Shown: positions 1 through 10,506, counted from the first letter of the stretch. The stretch: DNA of 64,000 nucleotides from an uncultured delta proteobacterium (GCA_963727485.1 CAVSGM010000001.1:352001-416000), one strand, 5' to 3'. A program made the numbers and translations. The notes: generated by a model from the letters alone, not told the origin.

Positions 1-1959
1 GCCTGCCAGACGGGCTTCGTCTGCAACCAGACCACCTCGCCCGCCAGCTGCGAGGCCGCCTGCCTCACCCAGGGCTGCCCCAACGCCAACGAGGTCTGCA
101 ACGCCCAGACCGGCAGCTGCGACGTCCGCCCGCCGGTGGCCGGCGAGGTGGGCTCCAACTGCGCCTCGACCGCCGACTGCAACCCCACCGGCGGCAGCAA
201 CTTCACCTGCTTCACCTCGGTCCCCGGCGGCTACTGCTCCAAGCAGTGCAGCGCCGACACCGACTGCCCCCAGGGCGCCTTCTGCGGCAGCAACGGCATC
301 TGCATCGACGCCTGTGACTCCAACCTCGGTGACTGCCTCCGCGGCCAGCAGTGCCTCGTCGGGGCCTTCGGCAGTGGCAAGCCCGACGGCTGCTTCCCGC
401 AGTTCGACCAGTCGGACTGCACCGGCGCCGCCTGCCTCCCCAACGGCTCGCCCTGCACCAACACCCAGCAGTGCATGAAGGACGCCAGCTGCATCGCCTA
501 CGGCAGCGGCAGCATCTGCCAGGCCATCCAGTGCCAGCTCTTCGGCCAGGGCTGCAGCGCCAGTGAGACCTGCGAGGGTCTGGGCATCGGCCTGACCGCC
601 TGCTTCAACAACTGCGACGCCACCGACCCCTCGGCGTGCTCCGGCCTCGCCGACCAGTACGGGAGCCTCGACTGCGTGGCCAACCCCCAGATCGCGGGCC
701 CCTCCGACGGGTACTCCCTGGCCGCCAGCGCCGGCGACTGCCCCGCCGGGACCACCGCCAAGAGCTTCACCGTCCAGGGCCAGACCGCGGCGGTGTGCTA
801 CCAGGGCTGCACCGCCGACTCCGACTGTGGGCCGGGGCAGTTCTGCGGCGACAACGCGGTCACCCTCTCCGACGGGACCACCGCGGCGAGCTTCAAGACC
901 TGCATGAACTACAACGTCGCGACCGCGGCCTGCAGCACCAACCCCTGCGGCAACCAGACCGGCTGCCAGGACCTCACGGTCTCGGGCCAGACCGCCGCGG
1001 TGTGCTTCGATGCCTGCACCAGCGACGCCGACTGCACCGCCGGCTTCGGGGGAAGCTGCCAGCGCCTGAGCTTCCTCACCGGCGACTCCATCAACCTCTG
1101 CCTCTACCAGACCGCGGGGAGCTTCTGCTTCGCGGGCTGCTCCAACAACGCCGACTGCGGCTACTGCACCACCGACGCCGACTGCGGCACGGTCAAGGGG
1201 CAGGACCAGACCTCCCGGTCGCAGAAGTGCGACATCCCCAGCCACATGTGCGTGACTCCCATCAACGGGGTCGCCGAGGTGGGCAACTGGTGCCGCTCCA
1301 ACCAGGCCTACGATGCCACCGCCATCACCGACGCCAGCGGCGGCACCTCCGGCGGCTGCGCCACCACCTGCAAGGATGACCTGGACTGTGCGGGCACCTG
1401 CGTGAAGGCGAGCGGTGCGGCCACCGGCTTCTGCGCGCTCAAGACCCAGATGTGCAACGGTCCCACCGGCCAGTGCGAGGACGCCTGCAGCGGCGCCGCC
1501 AGCGGGGCCACCGACTGCATCCACGGGGACTGCGCCGCGGCCAACGGCCCCAACGGCGAGGATCGCTGCGTCCTCGGGTGCACCGCGCCCACCGACAACT
1601 GCGCCGCCGGCGAGTGCGACACCGGCAGCCAGTTCTGCGTGGACAAGCCGAAGTTCACCAGCCTGTCCATCGGGGGCAAGGACGCCCTGGGCGCCGACGT
1701 GGTGACCGTGGCGGCCGGGACCGAGACCGTGGCCTGGGCTACCCAGCACGCGACGGGCATCGGTCTGTTCACGGCGCCCGTCCCCTCGAGCGGTGGCTGC
1801 GCGGCGGTCACCACCTGGCCCACCGAGCTGTCGGTACCCGGCGACCAGCCCAGCGGCACCTTCGACGTGACCGTGAGCGGGAACCTCTGCTACCTGGCCA
1901 GCGCGAGCGGGTTGGTGAGCGAGTACGACCGGGTCTTCGAGGTCGACCAGGCGCCCTAG
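1..1959 (+). CDS. Cys-rich repeat extracellular protein (5' partial)
   Basis: Frame 1 is open from base 1 (ACQTGFVCNQ...) to TAG at 1959; many CxxDxDC-type repeats; short beta-rich C-terminal domain; strong GC3 bias. Confidence 0.85.
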   Translation, partial: ACQTGFVCNQTTSPASCEAACLTQGCPNANEVCNAQTGSCDVRPPVAGEVGSNCASTADCNPTGGSNFTCFTSVPGGYCSKQCSADTDCPQGAFCGSNGICIDACDSNLGDCLRGQQCLVGAFGSGKPDGCFPQFDQSDCTGAACLPNGSPCTNTQQCMKDASCIAYGSGSICQAIQCQLFGQGCSASETCEGLGIGLTACFNNCDATDPSACSGLADQYGSLDCVANPQIAGPSDGYSLAASAGDCPAGTTAKSFTVQGQTAAVCYQGCTADSDCGPGQFCGDNAVTLSDGTTAASFKTCMNYNVATAACSTNPCGNQTGCQDLTVSGQTAAVCFDACTSDADCTAGFGGSCQRLSFLTGDSINLCLYQTAGSFCFAGCSNNADCGYCTTDADCGTVKGQDQTSRSQKCDIPSHMCVTPINGVAEVGNWCRSNQAYDATAITDASGGTSGGCATTCKDDLDCAGTCVKASGAATGFCALKTQMCNGPTGQCEDACSGAASGATDCIHGDCAAANGPNGEDRCVLGCTAPTDNCAAGECDTGSQFCVDKPKFTSLSIGGKDALGADVVTVAAGTETVAWATQHATGIGLFTAPVPSSGGCAAVTTWPTELSVPGDQPSGTFDVTVSGNLCYLASASGLVSEYDRVFEVDQAP

Positions 1960-2047
1960 GGGCACCTTCGGCTGCCGGGCCCCTCGGACCCGGCCGATGA
2001 AGGCGGGCGTCCCGGAGACGGGGCGCCCGTCGTCGTTCCGTCTCCGG

Positions 2048-3727
2048 TCAGGCCGCCGGGAGCACCACCGTGAACCGGGTGCCCTGGCCGGCGTGGCTCT
2101 CCACCTCGATCCGTCCCCGGTGCTCGCTGACGATGCGGTGGCAGATGGCGAGCCCCAGGCCGGTGCCCTCCTCCTTGGTGGTGAAGTAGGGGGTGAACAG
2201 CTCGCCCAGGTTCTCCTCGGGGATCCCCGGGCCGTCGTCGGCCACCTCCAGGGCCACCGCGTCCCCGGCGAGTCGGGCGGTGACCGTGACCCGGCCCTGG
2301 CCCGAGGCGCCCTCTATCGCCTGCACCGCGTTGGTCACCAGGTTGAGGAGCACCTGCTGCAGCTGCTCCCGGTCGGCGAGGATCTCCGGGAGCCGGTCGG
2401 CCACCCCGGTTTCCAGGGTGATCCCCCGCGGCTCCGGGAAGAGGGCCGCCGCCCCCGCCACCAGGCTCCCGGGGGCGAGGCGCTCGAGCTGGGGCGCCGG
2501 GAGCCGGGCGAAGCGGCTGAACTCGTCGACGATGCGCTTGAGGGCCGAGACCTCCTCGAGGATCGCCTGGGACGACTCGTCGAAGATCTCGTCGAACTGG
2601 GGGTGCTGCTTCGCCCGGGCGCGGCGCAGGGTCTCGATGGAGGTGGAGATGGGCATCAGGGGGTTCTTGATCTCGTGGGCCAGGCGCCGGGCGATCTCGC
2701 GCCAGGCGGCGACCCGCTCGGCGGTGGCGAGGCGCTGGCGGCCCAGGCGGAGCTCGTCTGCCATGCCGTTGAAGGCGGTGATGAGCGCGCCGACCTCGCC
2801 CCCGGCCCGGGCGTCGACCCGGGCGGTGTCGTCTCCGGCGCCGAGGCGGCCGGCGGCGGCGGCCAGCGCGTCCACCGGCCGGGTGATCCGGGTGGCGAGC
2901 AGGCCCCCGAGGATGAGGGCGGCGGCGAGGGCCAGGGTCCCGGCGACCCCGAGGCCCAGGAGGATGCGCCGCCTCGCCCGGTCCAGGGGCGCCCGGGACA
3001 CGGTGGCCTCGAGGCGGGCGACGGGCCGGCCGTCGGCGCCGAGGAGCGGGACCCGCCGGGCGACGCCCCGAACCGCCGGGCCCGAGCTCGCCAGGACCTC
3101 GCCCCCGGGGGCGAGGAGGCGCACCGAGGCGCCGGTCACCGCGGCCAGGCGCCCCAGGCGGCCCTCGCCGAGCAGCCGCCCGCCCACCAGGTAGAGGTCC
3201 GGGGTGGCACCCGGGCCGGCGGCGGCGCGGCCGGCGATGAGCGCCAGCCCCTCGGCGAGCCGCCCGCCCTGGCGCACCTCCACCCGCCGGAGCACCGCCT
3301 CCCCGGGGTGGTGGGCGGCGAGGTCGAGGAGGTCCGGCTCGGTGTCCCCGAAGCGCGCCGGGAGGTGGGCCGAGGAGAGCACCTGGCCCTTGGCGTCGAG
3401 GAGGAAGAGGACGTCGAGGTCGCGGCCCACCCGGAGGCGGCCGGCGAGCGGCACCAGCTCCCCGGGGGGCACCGGGCCCTGGCGCAGGCGCCGGGCCAGG
3501 CGCGCCACCTGGGGCGCGGTGGTGGCCAGCGCCGCCACCGTGGTCGCCACCGCGTGGCCGGTGCGGGTGACCTCGAGGCGCACCGTGTGCTCGGCGTCGG
3601 CGAGGCGCCGCTGGAACACCCCGTCGAAGGTGGCGGTCACCGTCGCCAGGGCCGCCCACCCCAGGAGCGCCATGGGCAGGAGCGCCAGGGCGGCGAAGGA
3701 GAGGGCGAGCTTGGTCCGCAGGCGCAT
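2048..3727 (-). CDS. HAMP-domain sensor histidine kinase (NtrY-like)
   Basis: Start MRLRTKLALSF; two TM segments, HAMP, H-box RRLAHEIKNPL, N box NLVTNA, DDGPG, GTGLGL. Confidence 0.92.
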   Translation of the reverse strand: MRLRTKLALSFAALALLPMALLGWAALATVTATFDGVFQRRLADAEHTVRLEVTRTGHAVATTVAALATTAPQVARLARRLRQGPVPPGELVPLAGRLRVGRDLDVLFLLDAKGQVLSSAHLPARFGDTEPDLLDLAAHHPGEAVLRRVEVRQGGRLAEGLALIAGRAAAGPGATPDLYLVGGRLLGEGRLGRLAAVTGASVRLLAPGGEVLASSGPAVRGVARRVPLLGADGRPVARLEATVSRAPLDRARRRILLGLGVAGTLALAAALILGGLLATRITRPVDALAAAAGRLGAGDDTARVDARAGGEVGALITAFNGMADELRLGRQRLATAERVAAWREIARRLAHEIKNPLMPISTSIETLRRARAKQHPQFDEIFDESSQAILEEVSALKRIVDEFSRFARLPAPQLERLAPGSLVAGAAALFPEPRGITLETGVADRLPEILADREQLQQVLLNLVTNAVQAIEGASGQGRVTVTARLAGDAVALEVADDGPGIPEENLGELFTPYFTTKEEGTGLGLAICHRIVSEHRGRIEVESHAGQGTRFTVVLPAA

Positions 3728-3755
3728 GCGCGACCAGTCTAGACCACAGCGTGCC

Positions 3756-5138
3756 TCAGCCCCCGGGATCCCCGGCCGGGCGCGGCGCCGGCGGGTCGCC
3801 GGGGAGCGGCCAGCGCCACAGGGCCGCCGGGTCCACGGCGGTGGCTGGCCCGGGGACGACGCCGAGGAGGCGGGGGGTCGAGGTGAGGGGCACCGGCCGG
3901 CGGTAGAGGGGCAGGGCCCCAAGCGCACCCCAGGTGTCGGCGAGGGTGCCGGCGCCGGCGAGGGCCCTCAGGGCCACCTCCGGCCGGCCCAGGGCGGTGG
4001 CCACGGCGAGGCGGGTGTCCGCCGGGTCCAGGGGCACCGCCGGCAGGGTCAAGAGCGCCAGGTCGTGCCCGGCGGCCCCGGCCGGGTCCAAGCCCGGCAC
4101 CGGGCTCAGGGTGGCCTCGAGGCCCTGGTCGTGGAGGCGCACCTGGATCCGCCCGGCGACGGTGGCGGCGGTCGGGTCCCCGGGGTCGTAGGCGAGGTCC
4201 ACGGAGCCCTGGGGCAGGGGCTTGGGCGTCCCCGCCGGCGCGGGGAGGGCGGCGAAGGCGGTGGCGCCGCCGCCGACGAAGTCGCGGACCAGGGCCGCCG
4301 GATCCACCGCGCGTCCCACCCGGTCGGCCAGCGCCGCCCCCCGCGCGCCATCACCCCGGCCCGGGGCCAGGAGCACGGTGACCTCGGTCGCGGGCCCGGG
4401 CGGGGGTCCGTCGCCGGCGCCGACGACCAGGTCGAGGCCCGAGGCGTCGTCGCCGGGGGCCAGCGGCACCAGGGTGAGCCGGTCGAGGAAGCCCCGGCCC
4501 CGGGGCGCCCGGTCGAAGGCCGCCAGCGCCACCCCCCGGGCCCCGGCGGGGGCCGGGCGCAGCACCTCGAAGGGCCCGCAGCCGGTGCGCCCGTCGAGGC
4601 CCGTCACCGGGAGGCGCGGGTCGTCGAGGCGGGCGGCCAGGTCCACCCCGGGGATCGCCAGGTCGACGACCACGGTGAGGGGGCCGGTGGCGCGGATGGC
4701 GGGGATCGCCGGGCGGCCGGCGAGGCGGTCGGCGACCCCGTCGATGGCCAGCAGGCGCCAGGCGGCGACGGCGCCGGTGGCCGGGTCGGCGAGGTGGGCG
4801 AGGCTCCGGGCGACGTCCTCGGCGCCGATGGCGCTTCCGTCGTGGAACACCCGGCCGGCGGCGAGGTGGAAGGTCACGGTGCGCCCGTCGGCGGAGACCT
4901 CCGGGGGGCCGTCGAGGAGCGAGGGGACGGTGCACTGGGTCGCCGCGGCGAGGAGGCGCTCGGGAGCGGTGGTGGCCCGGGCCGGGTCCCGGGTGGCGAG
5001 GGCGCCCACGGCGCCGACCACCGCCTGGCCCCCGGGGAGGGCGCGGACCGAGGCCGACGCCGGCCCGGCGGCGACGAGGGTCGCGAGGAGCCCGAGGATC
5101 AGGGCGGCGCGGGCGAAGGTCACGGGGCGGCGAGTCAT
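3756..5138 (-). CDS. Family 5 (peptide/nickel-type) solute-binding protein-like
   Basis: Signal peptide; SBP_bac_5-like segment DGRTVTFHL..GRVFHDGS.I.AEDV..SL; GCGPF motif; ATG overlaps upstream stop. Confidence 0.7.
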   Translation of the reverse strand: MTRRPVTFARAALILGLLATLVAAGPASASVRALPGGQAVVGAVGALATRDPARATTAPERLLAAATQCTVPSLLDGPPEVSADGRTVTFHLAAGRVFHDGSAIGAEDVARSLAHLADPATGAVAAWRLLAIDGVADRLAGRPAIPAIRATGPLTVVVDLAIPGVDLAARLDDPRLPVTGLDGRTGCGPFEVLRPAPAGARGVALAAFDRAPRGRGFLDRLTLVPLAPGDDASGLDLVVGAGDGPPPGPATEVTVLLAPGRGDGARGAALADRVGRAVDPAALVRDFVGGGATAFAALPAPAGTPKPLPQGSVDLAYDPGDPTAATVAGRIQVRLHDQGLEATLSPVPGLDPAGAAGHDLALLTLPAVPLDPADTRLAVATALGRPEVALRALAGAGTLADTWGALGALPLYRRPVPLTSTPRLLGVVPGPATAVDPAALWRWPLPGDPPAPRPAGDPGG

Positions 5139-6586
5139 GGCGTCCCCCCTCCGGCGTCGGCGCCGGGGCCGGTGAGCAGGTAGAGCCAGGTGGCCTTGCC
5201 GTCCCAGCTCGCCACCACCACCGCCGGGCGGCCGCCGGGGCCGAGATCGCCGGCCGCGAGGGCGCGGATGGTGCCCGGGACGGTGCGCCGGGCGCGGATC
5301 CGGCCGCCCGGGGTGGCGATCACCAGCTGGTCCCGGGCCCCCGGGGGCCCGGCCGCGGTGCCCACCCGCTCGGGGGTCCCGTCCCCGTCGAGGTCGGCGA
5401 GGGCGAGGCCGGCGCCCACCGGGGCGTCGGGGAGGGCGCCGCCCGAGGCGTCGCGGCGCGCGGCCCGGGCCTCGGGGCCCGCGAGCCACTCCAGGTGCCA
5501 GGTGGCGTCGACCACCGCCACCGCCTCGCCGCCGGGGCCCACCGCGGCGCTGACCACCTCGGCCCGGGCGTCGAGGTGCACCGCGGGGCCTTGGGCTCGG
5601 ACCAGGCGCAGCTCCCGGGCGAAGGTGCCGGCGCCCGGGACCGGGGTGCCATAGAGGATGGCGCCGCCCCCGGCGGCGAGCGGCACCTGGGGGAGGCGCG
5701 CGAGGTGGGTGAGGGCGTGGCCGTCGAAGGTGAGGACCTCGCCCTCGAGGTGGCCGGTGTCGCCGTAGGCCACCGCGGGCGCGAGGGCGATGGGGGCCAC
5801 CACCACGCCCCCGGCGGGATCCCGCGCCACCGCGTCGGCGGGGCGCCGGCCCCCGAGGCCGTGGGTGGCGAGGACCGAGGGCCCCCGGGGGCCGAGGTCC
5901 ACCAGGGACAGGGCGCGATCGGTGAGGACGGCGATGACCGGGGTGCCGTCGCCGGTGGCGTCCCCGGCGGCGACGGCGAGCGCCCGCCCGGGGACCTGGA
6001 GGAGCGGCCGGAGCAGCAGCCCGGGCAGGGGCTCGGAGGCCTCGGCGCTCCGGGCGAGGAGCCGGGCGGCGTCGTCGGCGGGGACCCGCGCCGCCACCGC
6101 CCGGGGCCGCCCGGAGAGCTCCCCGGTCCAGAAGTTCCGCCAGGTGGGGGTGAGGGTGCCGGTGAGCAGGAGGGTGCCGGAGGTGAGGTGGAGGGTCACC
6201 TCGAGGAGGGTGTCGGCGCCGGCGTGGAGGGCGGCGTCGAGGGCGTGGGCGTGGTCGCCGTCGACCCGGACCACGTGGAGGAAGCCGGCGTCGTGGCGGA
6301 GGTCGGCGGCGAGGAGCCTCGCCTCGAGGCGGCCGAGGTCGCCTCCGGCCACGGCGTCGTCCGGGCCCCCGGCGGCGGCGAAGGACAGGGCCACCGTGCC
6401 CCCCTCGACGCCCTGCCCCCGGGCCCGGGCCACGGCGGCGGCGAGGCGGTGCGCCACCCGGGCCACCGCCGGCCGGCCGTCGTCGGCGCGGGCGGGCCCG
6501 GGCGCCGCGAGGGCGAGGGCCGTCAGGGCGAAGGCCGTCAGGGCAAAGGCCGCGCGGGCCCCGAGGGTGAGCCGGCGGCGCCTCAT
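5135..6586 (-). CDS. Secreted FG-GAP/VCBS-repeat protein
   Basis: Signal peptide MRRRRLTLGARAAFAL; repeats AAGDATGDG, LADLDGDGTPE, AAGDLG; ATGA overlaps at both ends. Confidence 0.72.
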   Translation of the reverse strand: MRRRRLTLGARAAFALTAFALTALALAAPGPARADDGRPAVARVAHRLAAAVARARGQGVEGGTVALSFAAAGGPDDAVAGGDLGRLEARLLAADLRHDAGFLHVVRVDGDHAHALDAALHAGADTLLEVTLHLTSGTLLLTGTLTPTWRNFWTGELSGRPRAVAARVPADDAARLLARSAEASEPLPGLLLRPLLQVPGRALAVAAGDATGDGTPVIAVLTDRALSLVDLGPRGPSVLATHGLGGRRPADAVARDPAGGVVVAPIALAPAVAYGDTGHLEGEVLTFDGHALTHLARLPQVPLAAGGGAILYGTPVPGAGTFARELRLVRAQGPAVHLDARAEVVSAAVGPGGEAVAVVDATWHLEWLAGPEARAARRDASGGALPDAPVGAGLALADLDGDGTPERVGTAAGPPGARDQLVIATPGGRIRARRTVPGTIRALAAGDLGPGGRPAVVVASWDGKATWLYLLTGPGADAGGGTP

Positions 6587-9270
6587 GGCTTCGGCCTCTG
6601 GGCCGAGAGCCGCTGGTCCACGAAGGGAAACGCGTCGGGCGAGAGCCCGTGGGGCGGCGCCACCTGGGTGGGCTCGGTCCCCGGGAGGAAGGGCTGGTAG
6701 ACCCCGGGGCTCCCGGGCGCCGCCAGCAGCCCCGTGTCCTGGTCCACCCGCACGAAGTCGATGTCCGGCGGTGCGGTGAAGCCCCGGACGTCCTTCCCCT
6801 GGAGGGCGGCGGACATGAACGCCTGCCACGCGGGCCCCGCGGCCCGGGCGCCGTACTCGTGGGGCCCGAGGGTCCGCGGGGTGTCGAAGCCCACCCAGGC
6901 CCCGGCGACCAGCCCCGGGGTGAAGCCCACGAACCAGGCGTCGCGCTGGTTGTTGGCGGTGCCGGTCTTCCCGGCGGCGGGGCGGCCGAGCTGCAGGTGC
7001 CGGCCGGTGCCGTCGGTGAGCACGCTCTCGAGGAGGTTGGTCACCAGGTAGCTCACCTCTGGCGAGAGGGTCTGCGTCGGGTGCCCCTGGTGGCGGTAGA
7101 GGACGGTGCCGTCGGGGGCGTCGACCTCGAGGATCAGCGCCGGGTCGTCGTGGACGCCCCCGGCGGCGAAGGTGGTGTAGGCGTTGGTCATCTCCAGGGG
7201 CGTGACCTCGCCGGTCCCCAGCGCCAGGGGGAGGAAGTGGGGCAGGGCGCTGGTGATCCCCGCCCGGCGGGCGAAGTCGATGACCTTGTCGATGCCCACG
7301 TTGGCGAGCACCCGCACCGCCACCACGTTCTTCGACTCGGCCAGGGCCCGGCGCAGGCTCATCTCGCCCTCGAAGCCCGCCTCGGCGTCCTCGGGCTTCC
7401 ACACCTGGCCGCTCCAGGGATCGCGGATGACCTCCGGGGCGTCGAGGACCCGGCTGGCCACGGTGTACTGCTTGCTCTGAAGCGCCGCCCCGTAGACGAA
7501 GGGCTTGAAGGAGCTGCCGGGCTGGCGCTTGGCCTGGGTGGCCCGGTCGAACTGGCTCTTGGCGGCGTCGTAGCCGCCGACCAGCGCCAGCACGTGGCGG
7601 TCGGTGGGGTCGATGGCCACCAGGGCGCCCTCCACCCTGGGCACCTGGCCCAGGGTGCCGGGGAGCTCGGGGAGGGTCGCCGGTGCCGGGGCCCGCTTGC
7701 GCGTGGCGTCCTCGGACCGCACCAGGGGCGCGGTGTCGCCGACCTCGCCGAGGCGCACCTCCACCACGTCCCCGACCCCGACCACGTCGGAGATCGACCG
7801 CGGGGGGCGGGTGTAGCGCGCCGGGTCGAAGGGGCGGGCCCACTTGAGGCCCTCGAGGTGGAGCACCACCCGGGCGGTCCCCAGGTCCACGTCGGCGGTG
7901 CCGGCCTTGGGGTTGACCGCGGTCACCAGCCCGCCGACCAGGGTGTCGGGGTCGGGGCGGGCAAGGGTCACCGGCGCCGCCGGCGCGTGGGCCGGGTCCC
8001 AGCCACGCAGGCCCGAGAGGTCCCAGACCACCGGGTCGTCGTCGAGGCCGCGCTGGCGCCGCCGGTCGACCTGCTTCACGAAGGCCTCGGCCACCGCCTG
8101 GCGCGCGGGGCGGTCGAGGTGGATCAGCGGCCCGCGGTAGCCCTGGCGCCGGTCCACGGATCGGAGGGTGTCCTTCACCGCGGCCTCGGCGTCGCCCTGG
8201 AGCCGGCTGTCCATGGCCACCTTCACCGTGAGCCCGGCGCCGAAGACGTTCGCCTTCCCGAAGCGGTCGACCAGGCGCTGGGTGACCTCCTTGACGTACC
8301 AGGCCCCCGGGGGCTTCGGCGGGGTGGGCGCGAGGTTCAGGGGCTCGGCCCGGGCGGCGTCGGCCTGGGCCTTGGTGACGAAGCCGTCGGCGACCATCCG
8401 CCCCAGCACGTAGGCCTGCCGCTTGCGGGCGTGCTTGGGGTAGCGCTTGGGCGAGTAGTACGCCGGGGCCTTGGGCAGCCCCGCGAGGATCGAGGCCTCG
8501 GCGAGATCGACGTCGTGGACGGGCTTGCCGAAGTAGAACTCCGAGGCGGCCTCCACGCCGTAGCGCCCGTGGCCGAAGTAGATCTGGTTGAGGTAGAGGT
8601 AGAGGATCTCGTCCTTGGAGAGGTGGCGCTCGAGGCGGGTGGCGAGGATCATCTCCCGGATCTTCCGGGTGAAGGTGCGCCTGGGGGTGAGGAGGAAGGT
8701 CTTGACCACCTGCTGGGTGATGGTGCTCGCACCCTGCTTCACCCGCATCGCCAGGACGTCCTTGATCGCCGCCCGGAGGATGCCGCCGTAGTCGAGGCCC
8801 TGGTGCTCGAAGAAGTGCTCGTCCTCGGCGGCGACGATGGCGTGGATGAGCACCGGCGGCATGTCCGAGTAGGGGACCACCGTGCGCCGCTCCTGGAAGA
8901 GCCGGCCGACCACCTGGCCGTCGGCGCTCACGATCCGGGTGGTCTGGAGCGGGTGGTAGTCCTTGAGGGTCTCGAAGGACGGGAGGTCGTGGGACAGCGA
9001 CCAGACCACCGCGGCGGCGAGGACGAGGCCCAGGGCCAGGCCCCCGAGAGCGAGGCGGCCGGCGACGGAGAGGAGGCGGCGGAGGCGGCCCGGGGGCGGG
9101 GGGGCGCCGGCGCCGGGATCGGGGGCGCCGGCGGGGACCTCGGGGGGCGGGGCGCCGGGATTGGGGGCGCCGGTGGGGCGCTCGGGAGGCGGGGCGTCGC
9201 CCGGGTCACCGTCCGCCGCGGGCCCTTCGGCGGCGGCCTTCATGCGCGCGATCTTGCGGGAGAGGGACAT
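6583..9270 (-). CDS. mrcA: Class A penicillin-binding protein 1A
   Basis: Transglycosylase motifs EDEHFFEHQG, GASTITQQ, RKIRE; transpeptidase SSFK, SKN, KTG; OB-like insertion; start uncertain (9270 or 9243). Confidence 0.93.
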   Translation of the reverse strand: MSLSRKIARMKAAAEGPAADGDPGDAPPPERPTGAPNPGAPPPEVPAGAPDPGAGAPPPPGRLRRLLSVAGRLALGGLALGLVLAAAVVWSLSHDLPSFETLKDYHPLQTTRIVSADGQVVGRLFQERRTVVPYSDMPPVLIHAIVAAEDEHFFEHQGLDYGGILRAAIKDVLAMRVKQGASTITQQVVKTFLLTPRRTFTRKIREMILATRLERHLSKDEILYLYLNQIYFGHGRYGVEAASEFYFGKPVHDVDLAEASILAGLPKAPAYYSPKRYPKHARKRQAYVLGRMVADGFVTKAQADAARAEPLNLAPTPPKPPGAWYVKEVTQRLVDRFGKANVFGAGLTVKVAMDSRLQGDAEAAVKDTLRSVDRRQGYRGPLIHLDRPARQAVAEAFVKQVDRRRQRGLDDDPVVWDLSGLRGWDPAHAPAAPVTLARPDPDTLVGGLVTAVNPKAGTADVDLGTARVVLHLEGLKWARPFDPARYTRPPRSISDVVGVGDVVEVRLGEVGDTAPLVRSEDATRKRAPAPATLPELPGTLGQVPRVEGALVAIDPTDRHVLALVGGYDAAKSQFDRATQAKRQPGSSFKPFVYGAALQSKQYTVASRVLDAPEVIRDPWSGQVWKPEDAEAGFEGEMSLRRALAESKNVVAVRVLANVGIDKVIDFARRAGITSALPHFLPLALGTGEVTPLEMTNAYTTFAAGGVHDDPALILEVDAPDGTVLYRHQGHPTQTLSPEVSYLVTNLLESVLTDGTGRHLQLGRPAAGKTGTANNQRDAWFVGFTPGLVAGAWVGFDTPRTLGPHEYGARAAGPAWQAFMSAALQGKDVRGFTAPPDIDFVRVDQDTGLLAAPGSPGVYQPFLPGTEPTQVAPPHGLSPDAFPFVDQRLSAQRPKP

Positions 9271-9393
9271 GGGGGACCCCGGTGGTGGAGGCATCATAGG
9301 GGAATCGGCGGCGCCCTGCCGCTTCGCAACACGCAGGCGGACCCGGCCCTTCACGGCCGGGCCCGCCGGTGGGCGTCTGCCCACCCAGGGTGG

Positions 9394-10506
9394 TCAGGGA
9401 ACGGACGAGGGGCTTCCGGTGGTCGCGACGGGCTTCGGCGGCACCTCCTTTCCGGGGTTGGGCGTGGGCACGATCGCCGAGGGCAGGGTCACCAGGGGGC
9501 GGGCGGCGTCGGGGGGCGCGGCGAGGGCGAGCTGCCGAGCCACCCGGCGCCGGTTGAGGGTGGCGTCCACGTAGCCGGGCCGCATCGCCAGGGCCTGGTC
9601 GAAGGCCTCCCGGGCCTTCATCGGCGCCCCGGCCTTCTCGTAGGCGAGCCCCAGGTTGTTCCACATGTAGGCGCGCACCGGGGTCAGCGAGGTGGCGGTC
9701 TCGAGGGCCTTGACCGCCTGGTCGTACTCGCCGATGAGCAGGTGGACGTAGCCGGCGTTGTTGAAGGCCCAGACGTAGTGGGGGTCGAGGGTGGTGGCGC
9801 GGTCGAAGGCGATGAGGGCCCGGTCGTACTGCTGGCGGGCCATCTCCAGGCGGCCCTCGACGTTGAAGGCGTCGGCGCGCTTCGGGTCCCGGGTGACGGC
9901 GCGGTCGATGTAGTCGAGGCCCCGGGCGAGCTCCCCCCGACCCAGGCAGAGGCGGGCGGCGAGGACCAGGGGCTCGGCGGCGCCCGGGTCGTCGCTCGAG
10001 GCGGCGTCGAAGGCCTGGAAGGCGAGGTCGTCCTTGCCCAGGGCCCGGGCGGCGCGGCCCACGCCGAGGTGGGCGTCGTAGCCGCCGCCGTCGTAGACCG
10101 CCTCGCGGTAGTCGTCGAGGGCGGCCTGGGCGTCCCCCTTGGCGAGGGCCTGCTTGCCGGCGGCGAGGTGGTCTTCGCCCGGGTCCGCGCCGTGGGCGAG
10201 CGCCAGGGGGCTGACCTGCGGCAGGGGATCGGGGGCACCCGGATGGCCGGTGGCCGCGGGCTCGGGTCGGTCGGTGGGGCTGGGGACGGCGTCGGGCTGC
10301 CCGGCAGGGTCGGCGGCGGCGACCGGGGCCGGGGGCACGGCGCCGATGCCCCCGTCGCCGAGGGCGGCGGCCTGGGCGCCGGGCTCGGGGGCCGGGCGGT
10401 CGTGGCAGCCGGCGTAGCCGACGAAGGCGAGGACGGTGATGGCGGGGAGGGCGAGCCACGCCGGGCCGAGGCGGCGGCGGGGCCTTTCAGGGGCATCGAA
10501 GATCAT
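9394..10506 (-). CDS. Membrane-anchored/exported TPR protein
   Basis: N-terminal hydrophobic segment with YAGC, Pro-rich linker, about 6 TPR-like repeats (WAFNNAGY, MWNNLGLAY). Confidence 0.85.
   Translation of the reverse strand: MIFDAPERPRRRLGPAWLALPAITVLAFVGYAGCHDRPAPEPGAQAAALGDGGIGAVPPAPVAAADPAGQPDAVPSPTDRPEPAATGHPGAPDPLPQVSPLALAHGADPGEDHLAAGKQALAKGDAQAALDDYREAVYDGGGYDAHLGVGRAARALGKDDLAFQAFDAASSDDPGAAEPLVLAARLCLGRGELARGLDYIDRAVTRDPKRADAFNVEGRLEMARQQYDRALIAFDRATTLDPHYVWAFNNAGYVHLLIGEYDQAVKALETATSLTPVRAYMWNNLGLAYEKAGAPMKAREAFDQALAMRPGYVDATLNRRRVARQLALAAPPDAARPLVTLPSAIVPTPNPGKEVPPKPVATTGSPSSVP

Noticed and set aside
1..1959. TraA kin-recognition receptor
   Set aside because: No MYXO-CTERM tail and no traB-like gene downstream
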